Source: Gammaproteobacteria bacterium (GTDB taxonomy: Bacteria; Pseudomonadota; Gammaproteobacteria; G965277405). Taken from it: a stretch of DNA of 64,000 nucleotides. The stretch covers positions 320,001-384,000 of the forward strand of contig OZ255726.1 of NCBI GenBank assembly GCA_965277405.1, given 5' to 3'. Made by a program: the position numbers and the translations under genes. Shown here in pieces: positions 52,029 through 62,409 of the stretch. Below the pieces are notes generated by a model, which was not told the DNA's origin, did not search any database, and was given only the letters and a program-made list of their open reading frames with translations. The number at the start of each line of letters is the position of its first letter. Positions within the stretch are counted from its first letter, which is position 1.

Positions 52029-52715
52029 TTATTGGTTTTCACCACGGATATGCTGCCAAATTATAGCGACTTCTGTTTGCAAAGCGTCAATTTGTTGCTG
52101 CATATGTTCCATCTTCGCAGTACTACCATGTAAGCTCGTGGTAGTGGCATCATTCGCAGCCGTATTTTGTTCTGGTATCGGCTCGCTCAACAGCTGTCCA
52201 TAGCGAATTTCGCGCTGTCCAGATTGGCGTGGTGCGATATACACCAATGCTGGCTGTTGCGCGACTAACATATCTAACTGTTGTTGCAGGCTGTCTGCAT
52301 TGCGAAAAATCTGCGCTCTTTCAGTACGCGTCAGTAATTCACCGCGTGTATGTGGTCCACGCACAAACATTGCTTGAAAAATAGCATTGCTTTTCTCATC
52401 CCATTGCTGCTGCAAACTCAGTTGCTGGGCATAGCGTTCAGCCCTGCCAAAGCGTTCTTTGCGGACCAAGTCTCTGGATTGCAACCCAGCTAAAATACGC
52501 GCAACATCACTGATTTGGTAGTGACTCACGGGGATACGGTTGCTCTTTTGATTGCATGCATTCAGCAATGCATTCATCGTTAACGGATAGGTTTCTGGGG
52601 TGAATAATTGCTTTTCCATCAAGGCACCAAGCACACGCACTTCACCAGCACTTAGCAACGCTGCTGCAGATGATGGGGTTATTGCTGGTGTATTGTGTTG
52701 GATATCGTCGGTCAT
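52029..52715 (-). CDS. YceH/DUF480 family protein
   Basis: EVRVLG.L.EKQ..TPE.YPL..NAL..ACNQKSNR.P, RGPHT.GEL..R.ER, G.RE.RY.QL. Confidence 0.9.
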   Translation of the reverse strand: MTDDIQHNTPAITPSSAAALLSAGEVRVLGALMEKQLFTPETYPLTMNALLNACNQKSNRIPVSHYQISDVARILAGLQSRDLVRKERFGRAERYAQQLSLQQQWDEKSNAIFQAMFVRGPHTRGELLTRTERAQIFRNADSLQQQLDMLVAQQPALVYIAPRQSGQREIRYGQLLSEPIPEQNTAANDATTTSLHGSTAKMEHMQQQIDALQTEVAIIWQHIRGENQ

Positions 52716-52833
52716 ATATTCCCAATATATCAAATGTGCCCTTTTGTGCCCGTAGCTACCCAGCAAGGGACGCGTCGCAGCATTTTTTTCACATTATCAT
52801 GTGCCGTATGCCATATACAACTAAGTTTGTATA

Positions 52834-52909
<76 letters not shown>

Positions 52910-52913
52910 TTAT

Positions 52914-53200
52914 GGAGACTCTGATTAAGTCGTTGCTGGAGCGAGTTTGCCTGCAATTGCTGATGATTGCAAGGCGCATTCCGCTGAGCGCATGACCTAG
53001 CTATACGCCTATGGATGCTACACAGCAAGCGCAGCAATTACCATCAAACTGTTGTATATTCAACAGAGGGACGGGAAAAAACGCTGCGATAACGTCGTTG
53101 CAGCACTTAATAATACCACCAGTATTATCTGCGCACTGCGTCTAGTTATCATCAGCGTTTTTTCTCCGTCTCGCCCATCATGGACTTAATCAGAGCTTCC
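52914..53200 (+). mobile_element. MITE copy E, 4 bp from the 5' end of tRNA-Gly
   Basis: TTAT-GGAGACTCTGATTAAGTC...GACTTAATCAGAGCTTCC-TTAG. Confidence 0.92.
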
Positions 53201-53304
53201 TTAGGTACGGTGATGGTAGTGAAATCCATTAGAACGTCAACAACATGGTTTTTGATAAACTAGTTTTTCTACACTCATACAGATTTTTTCCATACTATCA
53301 GTAC

Positions 53305-53934
53305 ATGCAAATTATGGTTTTACTATCGGGAGACGGCTCAAACCTGCAAGCATTGATCGATCAACAATGGCAGTACAAATCGTATTCGCTGGGTGTTGTT
53401 GCAGCAAACAACGCCAATGCCTACGGCTTGCAACGTGCCAAGTCTGCAAGCATTCCTCACTACTATATTGGTGATATTGCCGCCATGCGTGAGCAGCGTA
53501 TTATCGAGCTTTACCACAAATATCATCCGCAATTAATTGTGCTCGCTGGGTTTATGCGGATTTTGAGCCCGACACTCTGCCATACTTTGCCGGTTGCCAC
53601 CATCAATATTCATCCATCATTATTGCCATTACATCCTGGTCTGCATACGCATACTCGTGTGTTGGACGCAGGTGACAAGCAGCACGGTACGACTGTGCAT
53701 TTGGTTACGGCTAAGCTCGATGCTGGTCCGATTATCGGTCAAGCATCATTTGCTATATTGCCAGCCGATACTGCGGCAACACTGCAGCAGCGCATCCTCA
53801 CCACAGAACATCTATTATACCCGTTGCTGATAGATTGCATTGCCACAGGATCAATTGACGTACACAACCCTAGTCCGTTACATTATTCTCTTAATTCCCA
53901 ACAACGCTTACAACTAATACCACCTAGTATTTAG
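53305..53934 (+). CDS. purN: Phosphoribosylglycinamide formyltransferase
   Basis: SG.GSNLQALI, LAGFMRIL, NIHPSLLP, HG.TVH.V...LD.GPII, EH..YP. Confidence 0.95.
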   Translation: MQIMVLLSGDGSNLQALIDQQWQYKSYSLGVVAANNANAYGLQRAKSASIPHYYIGDIAAMREQRIIELYHKYHPQLIVLAGFMRILSPTLCHTLPVATINIHPSLLPLHPGLHTHTRVLDAGDKQHGTTVHLVTAKLDAGPIIGQASFAILPADTAATLQQRILTTEHLLYPLLIDCIATGSIDVHNPSPLHYSLNSQQRLQLIPPSI

Positions 53935-54803
53935 TCAGTTTTTTTGAGCGGTCTAGGTATTATACCGATGACAAACGCCGCACCAAATAAAATACATACC
54001 ATTCCAAATAAAGCATGAATACTCAGGGTTTCGTCAGCAAAACCCCAACCTACCAAAACTCCAACAATCGGCATAATAAATACCAACGTTAAAGTATTGG
54101 TTGTGCCTACATCGTTGATTAACCCAAAATATAGAATGTATGCAAATCCTGTGCAAACAATGCCAATCACCAGCATCAGCATCATGACGCCAATTGATGG
54201 CATCTGTGTTGGCAAATACCACATACTGGGGATGGCATACAGGATTGCGGTAATAAGCAAACACCCTTGCGCCATTGCCAGCGGTGCTATTTTCAAGTGT
54301 TTGCTATACATCGCAGATAGCGCATACAGCAGTGTCGCTATTAACGCTAACACAATGCCACTGGCTGCTCCCCAAGGTTTATTAAAATCAAGATCAACAA
54401 GCAATGCAACACCAACTACCCCGCACAACAAACCGATGACTTGCGCAGTCTGAAGTTTTTGCCTCAACAAGACAAACGCTATGAGTGCTGCCCACAGTGG
54501 CACCGTTGAGTTGACCACGACCAGAATTGATGATGGCGTTGTCAGTGCGGCATAAGCGAAGCAAAAAAATGGAATAACTGAGTTCATCGAACCAACCAAA
54601 ACGTAGTTTTTCCAGTTCTTTACAAATAAAACAGGTTCTCCAAGCATTCTGCCAACAATCAATAAAAATACCGCACCGCTGGCAATTCGAAACCATACAA
54701 GAAACATTGGGTCAATTTCCACAACAATAACTTTCATCATCAAAAATGACACGCCCCAAATACATGCGAGGAGTAACAGCCGAAAAATATTGTATATGCT
54801 CAT
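53931..54803 (-). CDS. EamA/DMT family transporter
   Basis: IWG.SF, about 10 TMs in two repeats, CTG.AY.LYF.LI. Confidence 0.9.
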   Translation of the reverse strand: MSIYNIFRLLLLACIWGVSFLMMKVIVVEIDPMFLVWFRIASGAVFLLIVGRMLGEPVLFVKNWKNYVLVGSMNSVIPFFCFAYAALTTPSSILVVVNSTVPLWAALIAFVLLRQKLQTAQVIGLLCGVVGVALLVDLDFNKPWGAASGIVLALIATLLYALSAMYSKHLKIAPLAMAQGCLLITAILYAIPSMWYLPTQMPSIGVMMLMLVIGIVCTGFAYILYFGLINDVGTTNTLTLVFIMPIVGVLVGWGFADETLSIHALFGMVCILFGAAFVIGIIPRPLKKTD

Positions 54804-54821
54804 ATTGATGAATCTCTATAG

Positions 54822-57800
54822 TTATTGCTGCAACTCAATCAAACTCTTTTCCATTGGCACATACAGTGCCATTGCCAGCTCATATTGCTGCCCAAGCGGA
54901 TGGTTTTTCAGCAATGCCGCATATTGTGCTAACTGTTCGCTATAGCGCGCGCGCATTGCATCTTGCCAAACAGATAATGCCGTATGTTGGGGCCTGCTGC
55001 TGGTTTTATAATCAATAATCCATAGCTTATCCTGCTGTTGCTGCGGGTGTGTGCCGACAAAACAGCGGTCTAATCGCAATGTTTTGATGCTACCGTCAAT
55101 TGCACCGCTCAATTCCCATTCATGATGATCTTGTGCTTGGCGCATCAATAACCATCTACCGCAAAAATCATCGATCATTGATTGCCAGTTGCGCTCCACC
55201 TCAATATACACAGCAGCATCAAAATACTCCCATGTATATAGTCGCTGCAACCGCGGCCAATAACTATCCCAAACTTCTGAGAATGGAGTGCCGCTGGACT
55301 GGGTGCAGACGTATTCCACAACACTGTGAAATACCACACCAACCTGTTGTTCAAGAGTTTGCCGTGGTTGACTGACATAGCGCTGAGGCGAGCTTGCATA
55401 CTTGGCATGCAAGCTCGCGTATAGCTGTGGTGCTAAATTGCGGGCAATTGCATTGCTTGGTGCAGCTATTGCAACTTGGGGGTCAATATCTGCGTCGCCA
55501 ATTTGACAAATTGGCTGTGCAGCACAATACACTTCTGCCAATAAGCTAAGAAAGCTATTCTTTGGTATTTTATCTATACCTGCATTGGCATAATTACCAA
55601 CAAGATATAACCGTTTTTTCGCACGTGTTAACGCAACGTACAACATGCGGATGTTCTCATCGTGTTGTGCATTGCGGTCACTCCAACGCAAGTAATCGTA
55701 TATAGAATTAACACCTAATCGTTGCTGTGCTGCTGCTAACAACCCAGCTTGAGTTTGTTGCCATAATAATATAGGATTATCTGAATTGCGTTGTATTTGG
55801 TCCATTCCTAATATAAATACCGCATCAAACTCAAGCCCTTTTGCCTTATGAATAGTCATGACTTCAATATCACCAGCTGCAGATGATTGACGAAATAATG
55901 CAATTTTTTTATCAAGCTCAATGTGGTCAATGCAGTTACTACGCATACATTCATAGCTCACGGCAATATACGTTTCAACATCAGCTTGTGCTGTACTGGG
56001 ATAATGCTGTTTAAATAACACATTCCATACGTCAATAAGAATACTTTGCCATGACACTCTGCTGCGCGCTGCGACAAACGGTGCGCATATTGCAACAAAT
56101 TGCTGTAATTGCAGCCATTCTTGTTCGTCAAAAAAACTGCGTACATCTGGGTTTTCTACAACTGTCTTGAAGCGAAAATAGCCTGTAGTAGCTGCGTCAG
56201 TATGTTCAAATACCAGCACCAAAGTTTGCGCTGCAACAGCAAAACTCGGGCTACGGACGATACCTGCCCAAGCAAGATCATCATCAAGATATTGCAGCGC
56301 TGCCAACGCATTGCGCAGCTCAATAATGTGAGGCAAATCAGCTAGAGATGTAAACTCAACCGCTGAAAATGCGATGTGCTGTTGCTGTAATACTTCAAGA
56401 AGCGGTGCTGCATGCTTGCGCGAACGCACTAGGACCGCAATACTCTGTAGCGTAGGATCATGTTGGCAGGTTTGCAGATGCTCAAGAATTTGCTTAGGAT
56501 ACGCTGGCGTCTGTTCATCTACCCATGTTACTTCGGCAGTTTTAGCACCTATCTGCTTAACAGCTGCTTGCGATGGGATATAGGTAATTGTCGAATCATC
56601 ATTTTTCTGTGCGGAAATTGCTTTGCTAAATGCCTGTGTGAACGCAGCATTAAACCATGTGACTAAGCGCGGCTGTGAACGAAAGTTGGCAGAAAGTTGC
56701 AGAGAAATAACCTCAATACCTGCAATACCTTGGCGTTGCACTTGGCGAAAAAGTTTTACTTCCGCTTGACGAAAACGGTAAATAGACTGCATAGGGTCGC
56801 CAACAAAAAACACAGTATTATTATTGGCTGGTGTATCTTGCCACAGAGAAACCAGTTGCTCAAGCAGCTTGAATTGACTGATAGATGTATCTTGAAACTC
56901 ATCAACTAAAATATGATTGATCGTGCTCCAGAGGCGATCTGCTAAGATTCCAGGTGCAGCGGCGGTCCCAATAAGCTGCTGGGCAAAATGCATCAGTTGC
57001 TGATAATCGCATTGCTGGTGTTGGTAAAACTGTAGTTGTAATTGCGCGGTAAGATGGATTGCTAGCGCAGCAATATGATGAATCGCTTGGCTTTCCTCCT
57101 CTGTTACTGGGGTGATTGGCGCATTGTTCCACTGTTCAATAATTGCAATTTCAATGTTTTCTGCAAAGAAATCAGCAACTGTTTTCGTATCCGCTTTGAG
57201 TTCTATATCTTGAGGATTAACGCCATAGTTACGATTTAATCCTCTGGCAACACGCCATGATCCAGTATTTGTTGACCATAATTGGATAACAGCATGCCAA
57301 AACAAACCTTGCTGTTGCGTTTGCAACTCGCCGACGTTGGCTAACAGCTGTTGGGTAAGCTGTTGGTATTGTAGATTGTATTTTTCGCCTGCAAGCTGCG
57401 CATCTTGCAGCGATCGTTGGATGCGGCGGGCAATGGAAACAAGCAAGGATTGAACATGCTCAGGTATTTGTAATCCTGCTTGTTGCACCATGGCGTGGAT
57501 CACTGTAAGTCGCGACTGCTCCAACAGCGTATATACTTCAGTGTCTTGGCTTGAATTAATGAAAACCAATAATTCAAGCCATTGCTCGCGTTTTTCAACC
57601 AGTCGCAGCATAGCCTGTTGGAATCTTGATAATTTGCCTTGATAACGGATAACGAGTTCGTGCAATACTGCATCAATCCTCGCGTCGCCAGTGGCGCATG
57701 TTTGTGCAAATGCCTGTTCGAATAATGGCTGTATATTGGTTACAGGTTGTAATGCAAACGCCTGTGTGAGCAATGGTGCTTCGTGGGTAAGCCGCGCGCA

Positions 57801-58139
57801 AAAGGCATCTATGGTCATAATGCGCAAGCGATGCTTGCTTGAGCTGAGTTGCCATTGTTTTTCTCGCGCTCGTATTACCTCAATCGGTGCAATTAAATCG
57901 TGTAAATACTCTGGGATATCGTGGCTTTCCAACAACTCCACCACCCGTTGGCGCATTTCTGCAGCAGCTTTACGCGTAAAAGTTAATGCAAGAATCTCTT
58001 CTGGTTCTGCAACATTGGCGAGCAAACAGATATAGCGACTGACCAATAGCTGGGTTTTACCAGAACCTGCAGGCGCTTGAACAATATAGCTCCGTGTAGT
58101 GTCTAGTACGCGCAGACGAGAATCAGCATCTGCAATCAC
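54822..58139 (-). CDS. AddA/UvrD-type helicase-nuclease
   Basis: APAGSGKT, LTFTRKAAAEM, VDEFQDTS, VGDPMQSIYRFR, TIHKAKGLEF, YVALTRA; C-terminal PD-(D/E)xK IIDYKT. Confidence 0.9.
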   Translation of the reverse strand: MIADADSRLRVLDTTRSYIVQAPAGSGKTQLLVSRYICLLANVAEPEEILALTFTRKAAAEMRQRVVELLESHDIPEYLHDLIAPIEVIRAREKQWQLSSSKHRLRIMTIDAFCARLTHEAPLLTQAFALQPVTNIQPLFEQAFAQTCATGDARIDAVLHELVIRYQGKLSRFQQAMLRLVEKREQWLELLVFINSSQDTEVYTLLEQSRLTVIHAMVQQAGLQIPEHVQSLLVSIARRIQRSLQDAQLAGEKYNLQYQQLTQQLLANVGELQTQQQGLFWHAVIQLWSTNTGSWRVARGLNRNYGVNPQDIELKADTKTVADFFAENIEIAIIEQWNNAPITPVTEEESQAIHHIAALAIHLTAQLQLQFYQHQQCDYQQLMHFAQQLIGTAAAPGILADRLWSTINHILVDEFQDTSISQFKLLEQLVSLWQDTPANNNTVFFVGDPMQSIYRFRQAEVKLFRQVQRQGIAGIEVISLQLSANFRSQPRLVTWFNAAFTQAFSKAISAQKNDDSTITYIPSQAAVKQIGAKTAEVTWVDEQTPAYPKQILEHLQTCQHDPTLQSIAVLVRSRKHAAPLLEVLQQQHIAFSAVEFTSLADLPHIIELRNALAALQYLDDDLAWAGIVRSPSFAVAAQTLVLVFEHTDAATTGYFRFKTVVENPDVRSFFDEQEWLQLQQFVAICAPFVAARSRVSWQSILIDVWNVLFKQHYPSTAQADVETYIAVSYECMRSNCIDHIELDKKIALFRQSSAAGDIEVMTIHKAKGLEFDAVFILGMDQIQRNSDNPILLWQQTQAGLLAAAQQRLGVNSIYDYLRWSDRNAQHDENIRMLYVALTRAKKRLYLVGNYANAGIDKIPKNSFLSLLAEVYCAAQPICQIGDADIDPQVAIAAPSNAIARNLAPQLYASLHAKYASSPQRYVSQPRQTLEQQVGVVFHSVVEYVCTQSSGTPFSEVWDSYWPRLQRLYTWEYFDAAVYIEVERNWQSMIDDFCGRWLLMRQAQDHHEWELSGAIDGSIKTLRLDRCFVGTHPQQQQDKLWIIDYKTSSRPQHTALSVWQDAMRARYSEQLAQYAALLKNHPLGQQYELAMALYVPMEKSLIELQQ

Positions 58140-58178
58140 ACAACAGCCGCAAAAAATTTATTTAAAAACAGCAAGATA

Positions 58179-59921
58179 TTACTCAAAACTAGCAGTACCA
58201 AATAAGAGGCGCATGTACAAGTCAGCACCAAAATAGACTGTTGACATATCTGCATACTGTGAACTAGTTTCACTCAAACCAAGGTAAAATCTACCACCTA
58301 TATACACAAGTACTCGCGGAGAAATTCTCATCTCATTCAACAACACCAATTCATAAGTGCTGCCGCCAACATTCGTTTGTAGTTCAGGGCTGGTGGTCAA
58401 TGATTTAAAAGACCCTTCAATGCCAACTCGTTGCTGCTTGATTAAATCACTAAAGAACATTTTATAGCCAACAAATAAATAGTCATGAGAACTGCTGGCA
58501 ATATGATATTTTAACAGGTCATCTTGCTGTAGATAACCTTTGTCAACATTCCCATATCCTGCAAATATCCAATGATTCGTTTGCGTTTGGTATTGTAAGC
58601 GCAGATACAAATCCCCAACATCGGTACCAGAGGCAATCAACCTGCGGTCTTGACCGCTACCTGCTAAGGTGTTAAAACCAAAATTTGCATAGCCAAAACC
58701 AATGCTATATCTATCAACACTAAAGCTATAATACAGTCGATATCCTGTGTCTAATTCTGCACTTTGATTAAATCCGCCTTGGGCTTTAGATACATCATTC
58801 CATGTGTAACTATTGCGTTGTTTAATAAGTCCGTAGCTATAGTAGAGTTCGTGAACAACTTGTTGTTCAGTAAACACAATGTATTCTGCTGCTTTGTCTG
58901 CTGGTTGTTGTAGGTCAGCAGTGGTATCAAGAAGCTGCACATCGACGTCGATTGGCGGTTCTGCGTGAATAGCTGAATATTGAAAATCATTACGAACATG
59001 AGCGCTTCGAGGCAGGATCAAGACTGTGGCAGCTGGAATTAACTCCCAGTTGGTAATATCTCTATTTAGCAACTTCACTGTATTATAAAAGTCAGTTGTA
59101 CTCGCTCCGTTCAGTAAGACGACATACTGTAATATATTTGGTAATGTCGCATTATCTGGCAATAATATAATCCGATCTTGTGGCCAAAATGCTTGGATGT
59201 CTGAGTCAGTCACAATCCGTGAAAAATCAATTGCAATGTGGTCGGTAGCAACTAACGCTCCTTGCAATACCAGCTTGCTATTTGCGCTAACTAGATTATT
59301 GCTCTGTTGTTGTAGTTCAGCCAATTGTAGCGCCGACAATCCAAAGATATGTTGCACATATCGTGCTACATCATCTGCGTCAATCTCTGATAACTTGAGC
59401 GTATTTACTGCTTCATCACTATCGACAACAGTTGTGATGGCACGGTCGACATCACTCAAATACATATAATTCTGGAGGATAAATAATGGATTAGCTGCAT
59501 GGGCAAAATCAATAATATGTTGTCGCTTACGCAGTAGTATATAGTTGATATACCTATCGAGGGTATCAGTATCTGGTCGGTACATATCAGTATCACTTGG
59601 GATATATACCGCAGCATGCTTTGCCAGCACTGCTGTTTGTTCTGGATTATACGCATGGATAAAGTCGCTGATAACCTGCGGACTAAACAGACTTTGCTGT
59701 GCATGTTCTTTAGCCAACATATACATGGTGGTTGGCTGTGCAATAATTGTTACAGAACCAGCTACACTGTGTTTACCAACAATACAAAAAAAAACTGCCA
59801 ACAGCGATATGACAATATATGGTTGCGATTTCACACGTAAACTATTAGACATAAGTATTTTGAGTGCTGTCGCGTGACAATGATATATCGGTATTAACAA
59901 CAGCATAGCAACCGCATACAT
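58179..59921 (-). CDS. Hypothetical exported protein with a LysM-like motif and a putative C-terminal beta-barrel
   Basis: Long ORF with a hydrophobic N-terminal stretch, LNRDITNWELIPAATVLILP, and aromatic alternating strands in the last ~220 aa. Confidence 0.55.
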   Translation of the reverse strand: MYAVAMLLLIPIYHCHATALKILMSNSLRVKSQPYIVISLLAVFFCIVGKHSVAGSVTIIAQPTTMYMLAKEHAQQSLFSPQVISDFIHAYNPEQTAVLAKHAAVYIPSDTDMYRPDTDTLDRYINYILLRKRQHIIDFAHAANPLFILQNYMYLSDVDRAITTVVDSDEAVNTLKLSEIDADDVARYVQHIFGLSALQLAELQQQSNNLVSANSKLVLQGALVATDHIAIDFSRIVTDSDIQAFWPQDRIILLPDNATLPNILQYVVLLNGASTTDFYNTVKLLNRDITNWELIPAATVLILPRSAHVRNDFQYSAIHAEPPIDVDVQLLDTTADLQQPADKAAEYIVFTEQQVVHELYYSYGLIKQRNSYTWNDVSKAQGGFNQSAELDTGYRLYYSFSVDRYSIGFGYANFGFNTLAGSGQDRRLIASGTDVGDLYLRLQYQTQTNHWIFAGYGNVDKGYLQQDDLLKYHIASSSHDYLFVGYKMFFSDLIKQQRVGIEGSFKSLTTSPELQTNVGGSTYELVLLNEMRISPRVLVYIGGRFYLGLSETSSQYADMSTVYFGADLYMRLLFGTASFE

Positions 59922-60045
59922 CTATGTTCCAATAAATGCCGTTGCTTGCCGTGTTGAGATGACATATTGCAGTTCCAATAACGTTTGATGGAGCAGTGTT
60001 GTTGTCACAGTAGCGTAATTCTTGTATTTAAATGTATATGTCCGC

Positions 60046-60297
60046 ATGAGAGCTATCAAGCATTATCTCCATATTTATTCGCTATGTTTTATTATTTTCA
60101 CCTACAACTTACCCACAGCGCATGCGCTTACAAGTGCTGAAATAATTAACGGCATTGATGAAAAAAACCAAGTCTTCCCTGATGTGCGCATTCGTTACCA
60201 AGTCAGGGTGTTTGACGGTCCTGTTGAAATGTCTAACTTCAGCCTAATTCAATGGATGACATTAAAGTCTTTGAGGATTTATCAAGCGGTGAGATAA
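60046..60297 (+). pseudogene. Short exported-protein ORF, possibly a truncated outer-membrane lipoprotein-sorting (LolA-like) gene
   Basis: Signal peptide ..AHA-LTSAEII..ID; ends about 25 bp before a MITE terminus remnant. Confidence 0.35.
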
Positions 60298-60321
60298 CGC
60301 TGGAGACTATCAAAGCCCTAA

Positions 60322-60333
60322 GGAAGCTCTGAT
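60322..60333. repeat. Solo MITE terminal repeat remnant
   Basis: CTAA-GGAAGCTCTGAT. Confidence 0.6.
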
Positions 60334-60353
60334 AGGGTCTTAAACAAAGAGTG

Positions 60354-60716
60354 CTAATCAATAACTCCTCTAAACTGTAAAAATGCACTATCTGCTGGCA
60401 GAAAACATTGCGCATTAATATAAAACCAAACGTTCATGCCATTGAAGTGATTGACCAACCGCTCTGTTTTCACATGTGTGCCAACCGGCAGCCATAACCG
60501 CACTTGACTTGACTTAGAAGGCGTATACCGACAAGGGATGTGCGAGGTATTAGTGCCGCCAGCAGTCACCCGATAATACCCGCCAACCAATAATGATTCA
60601 CCATATGTGAGTGACGACGCCGTTATAATAAAAAAAACCAAGCATGTAATTACAAATTTAATTCTAACAAAATGTATCATATTTATTTGATTATTTTGGG
60701 ACAGTGCATGTGGCAA
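60354..60716 (-). CDS. Small exported protein with an SH3b-like domain
   Basis: Signal-like hydrophobic stretch, then CRYTPSKSSQVRLWLPVGTHV...WFYI (SH3b pattern R..PS..S.....L..G..V...W). Confidence 0.5.
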   Translation of the reverse strand: MPHALSQNNQINMIHFVRIKFVITCLVFFIITASSLTYGESLLVGGYYRVTAGGTNTSHIPCRYTPSKSSQVRLWLPVGTHVKTERLVNHFNGMNVWFYINAQCFLPADSAFLQFRGVID

Positions 60717-61355
60717 CTACTGTGTTCGCCAGCGTTGAATAAAATTTTGCAGCTGACCAGCAACTTGAATATTCACGTTTTTTCTAGTCTGATGTGCATC
60801 AATACGCCGTACCACAGTATCCATTGTATCAAACCGATTGCGATACGCAGTTATTATATTTTCAAAAAACATATGACCTTCCTTATCAATACGATTGAAC
60901 AAATCACGCGCTGACCTTCTGCGCCTAGCTGCAGTGGCATCTATATCAAAAAAAAATATTAAATCAGGTTGGCAATCGCCGCACACCCATTCATCAAGCT
61001 TAGCAATCCACGCCGCATCAATACCACGCCCTCCTCCTTGATAAGCATAACTAGAGTCGACAAAACGGTCGCTAATCACCCATATTCCTTGTGCAAGTAA
61101 CGGCAGTATTGTCGTTTGGATATGCTCATTACGCCCAGCAAAAATTAACAGTAACTCAGTCATAGCTGTCACGGCTCGTCCATTGTTACTCAGCACCAGA
61201 TCCCGTACGCTATCGGCTAAATCGCAGCCTCCAGGCTCTTTAGTGATGTGGTATGAAATATTATTAGTCTGTAAAATTTTTTCCAACCCAGCAATTGCTG
61301 TGGTCTTTCCTGAACCATCAACCCCTTCCAAAACAATAAAAACACCTTTACTCAT
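60717..61355 (-). CDS. tmk: Thymidylate kinase
   Basis: EGVDGSGKTT, EPGG, SDRFVDSSYAYQG.GRG, PDL. Confidence 0.96.
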   Translation of the reverse strand: MSKGVFIVLEGVDGSGKTTAIAGLEKILQTNNISYHITKEPGGCDLADSVRDLVLSNNGRAVTAMTELLLIFAGRNEHIQTTILPLLAQGIWVISDRFVDSSYAYQGGGRGIDAAWIAKLDEWVCGDCQPDLIFFFDIDATAARRRRSARDLFNRIDKEGHMFFENIITAYRNRFDTMDTVVRRIDAHQTRKNVNIQVAGQLQNFIQRWRTQ

Positions 61356-62407
61356 TGTGGCCAGGATGTATAGTTTTTGACCTTACGTTTTTGATATTGA
61401 TTAACTGCTCGCTGGTGTTCAGTATAGCTGCTCGAAAAATAATGACTGCCATCACCTTTTGCGACAAAGAACAACGCATCGTCAGTTAAATCAGGGTGCA
61501 AAGCAGCATAAATAGCAGCTTCGCCAACGATTGAGATTGGACTTGGCGGCAGCCCAAAATGTACATATGTGTTGTATGGACTGCGCATTTGTAAATGTTT
61601 ACGGCGTAAATTCCCAGTGAAGGCATCGCCTAATCCATAAATGACAGTTGGATCAGTCTGCAGCTTCATTTTTTTACGCAGCCTGCGCACAAATACCCCA
61701 CTTATTGTTGCACGTTCACTCGGCAAACCTGTTTCTTTTTCAATAATCGAAGCCATCGTTAACACTTCATACTTATTCGCAAACGGTAGTTTGACATCAC
61801 GCACACGCCAGTGCTTGGTAAGATACTGTTGTAACGCTGCATTCGCTTGTTTGAGAACAGTACTTGCCTTGGTTTGCTTGGCAAACAAAAAGGTTTCCGC
61901 CAGCACCAAGCCCTCAGCCACGCTAACCGAAAATTCCTTACCCAGTAACCGAGTAAGGTGTGCATTCTGGTCTGTTACTTGCTGGGGTAAATCAAAATCA
62001 ATATTGGGATGATTACGCAGCAATGTAAGCACATCATCCATTTTGCTGCCAGCAATAAATGTAATTGGATACAGCCGCGTTCTACCTGCCACCAGCACCT
62101 GCAACACATCTAATACGCTTGATTCAGCGGGTACAATATATTCACCAACTTTTATGTTAGTGCTGATGCCAAGCAGATTCAGATAAACCTTAAAGAAAAA
62201 AGGATAGTCAACCCAACCAACTTGTTGAAAACGTGTGCCGATAGATGTAAGCGACTCGCCGCTGTGTACCGTAAATGTCGTATCCGCTACCAGTGTTGGT
62301 ATTGGTAATGTATATCTTTGATGAAATTGAAAAAAAACACCCGCAACACTTGCGACAACTATGCCAATAATAACGACTGCAGCGATGCCTTGCTGTTTTC
62401 CTATCAC
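61352..62407 (-). CDS. mltG: Endolytic transglycosylase MltG
   Basis: MASIIEKET, LQTDPTVIYG, SPYNTY..GLPP.PI, FVAKGDG.H.FS. Confidence 0.95.
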   Translation of the reverse strand: MIGKQQGIAAVVIIGIVVASVAGVFFQFHQRYTLPIPTLVADTTFTVHSGESLTSIGTRFQQVGWVDYPFFFKVYLNLLGISTNIKVGEYIVPAESSVLDVLQVLVAGRTRLYPITFIAGSKMDDVLTLLRNHPNIDFDLPQQVTDQNAHLTRLLGKEFSVSVAEGLVLAETFLFAKQTKASTVLKQANAALQQYLTKHWRVRDVKLPFANKYEVLTMASIIEKETGLPSERATISGVFVRRLRKKMKLQTDPTVIYGLGDAFTGNLRRKHLQMRSPYNTYVHFGLPPSPISIVGEAAIYAALHPDLTDDALFFVAKGDGSHYFSSSYTEHQRAVNQYQKRKVKNYTSWPQ

Positions 62408-62409
62408 AA

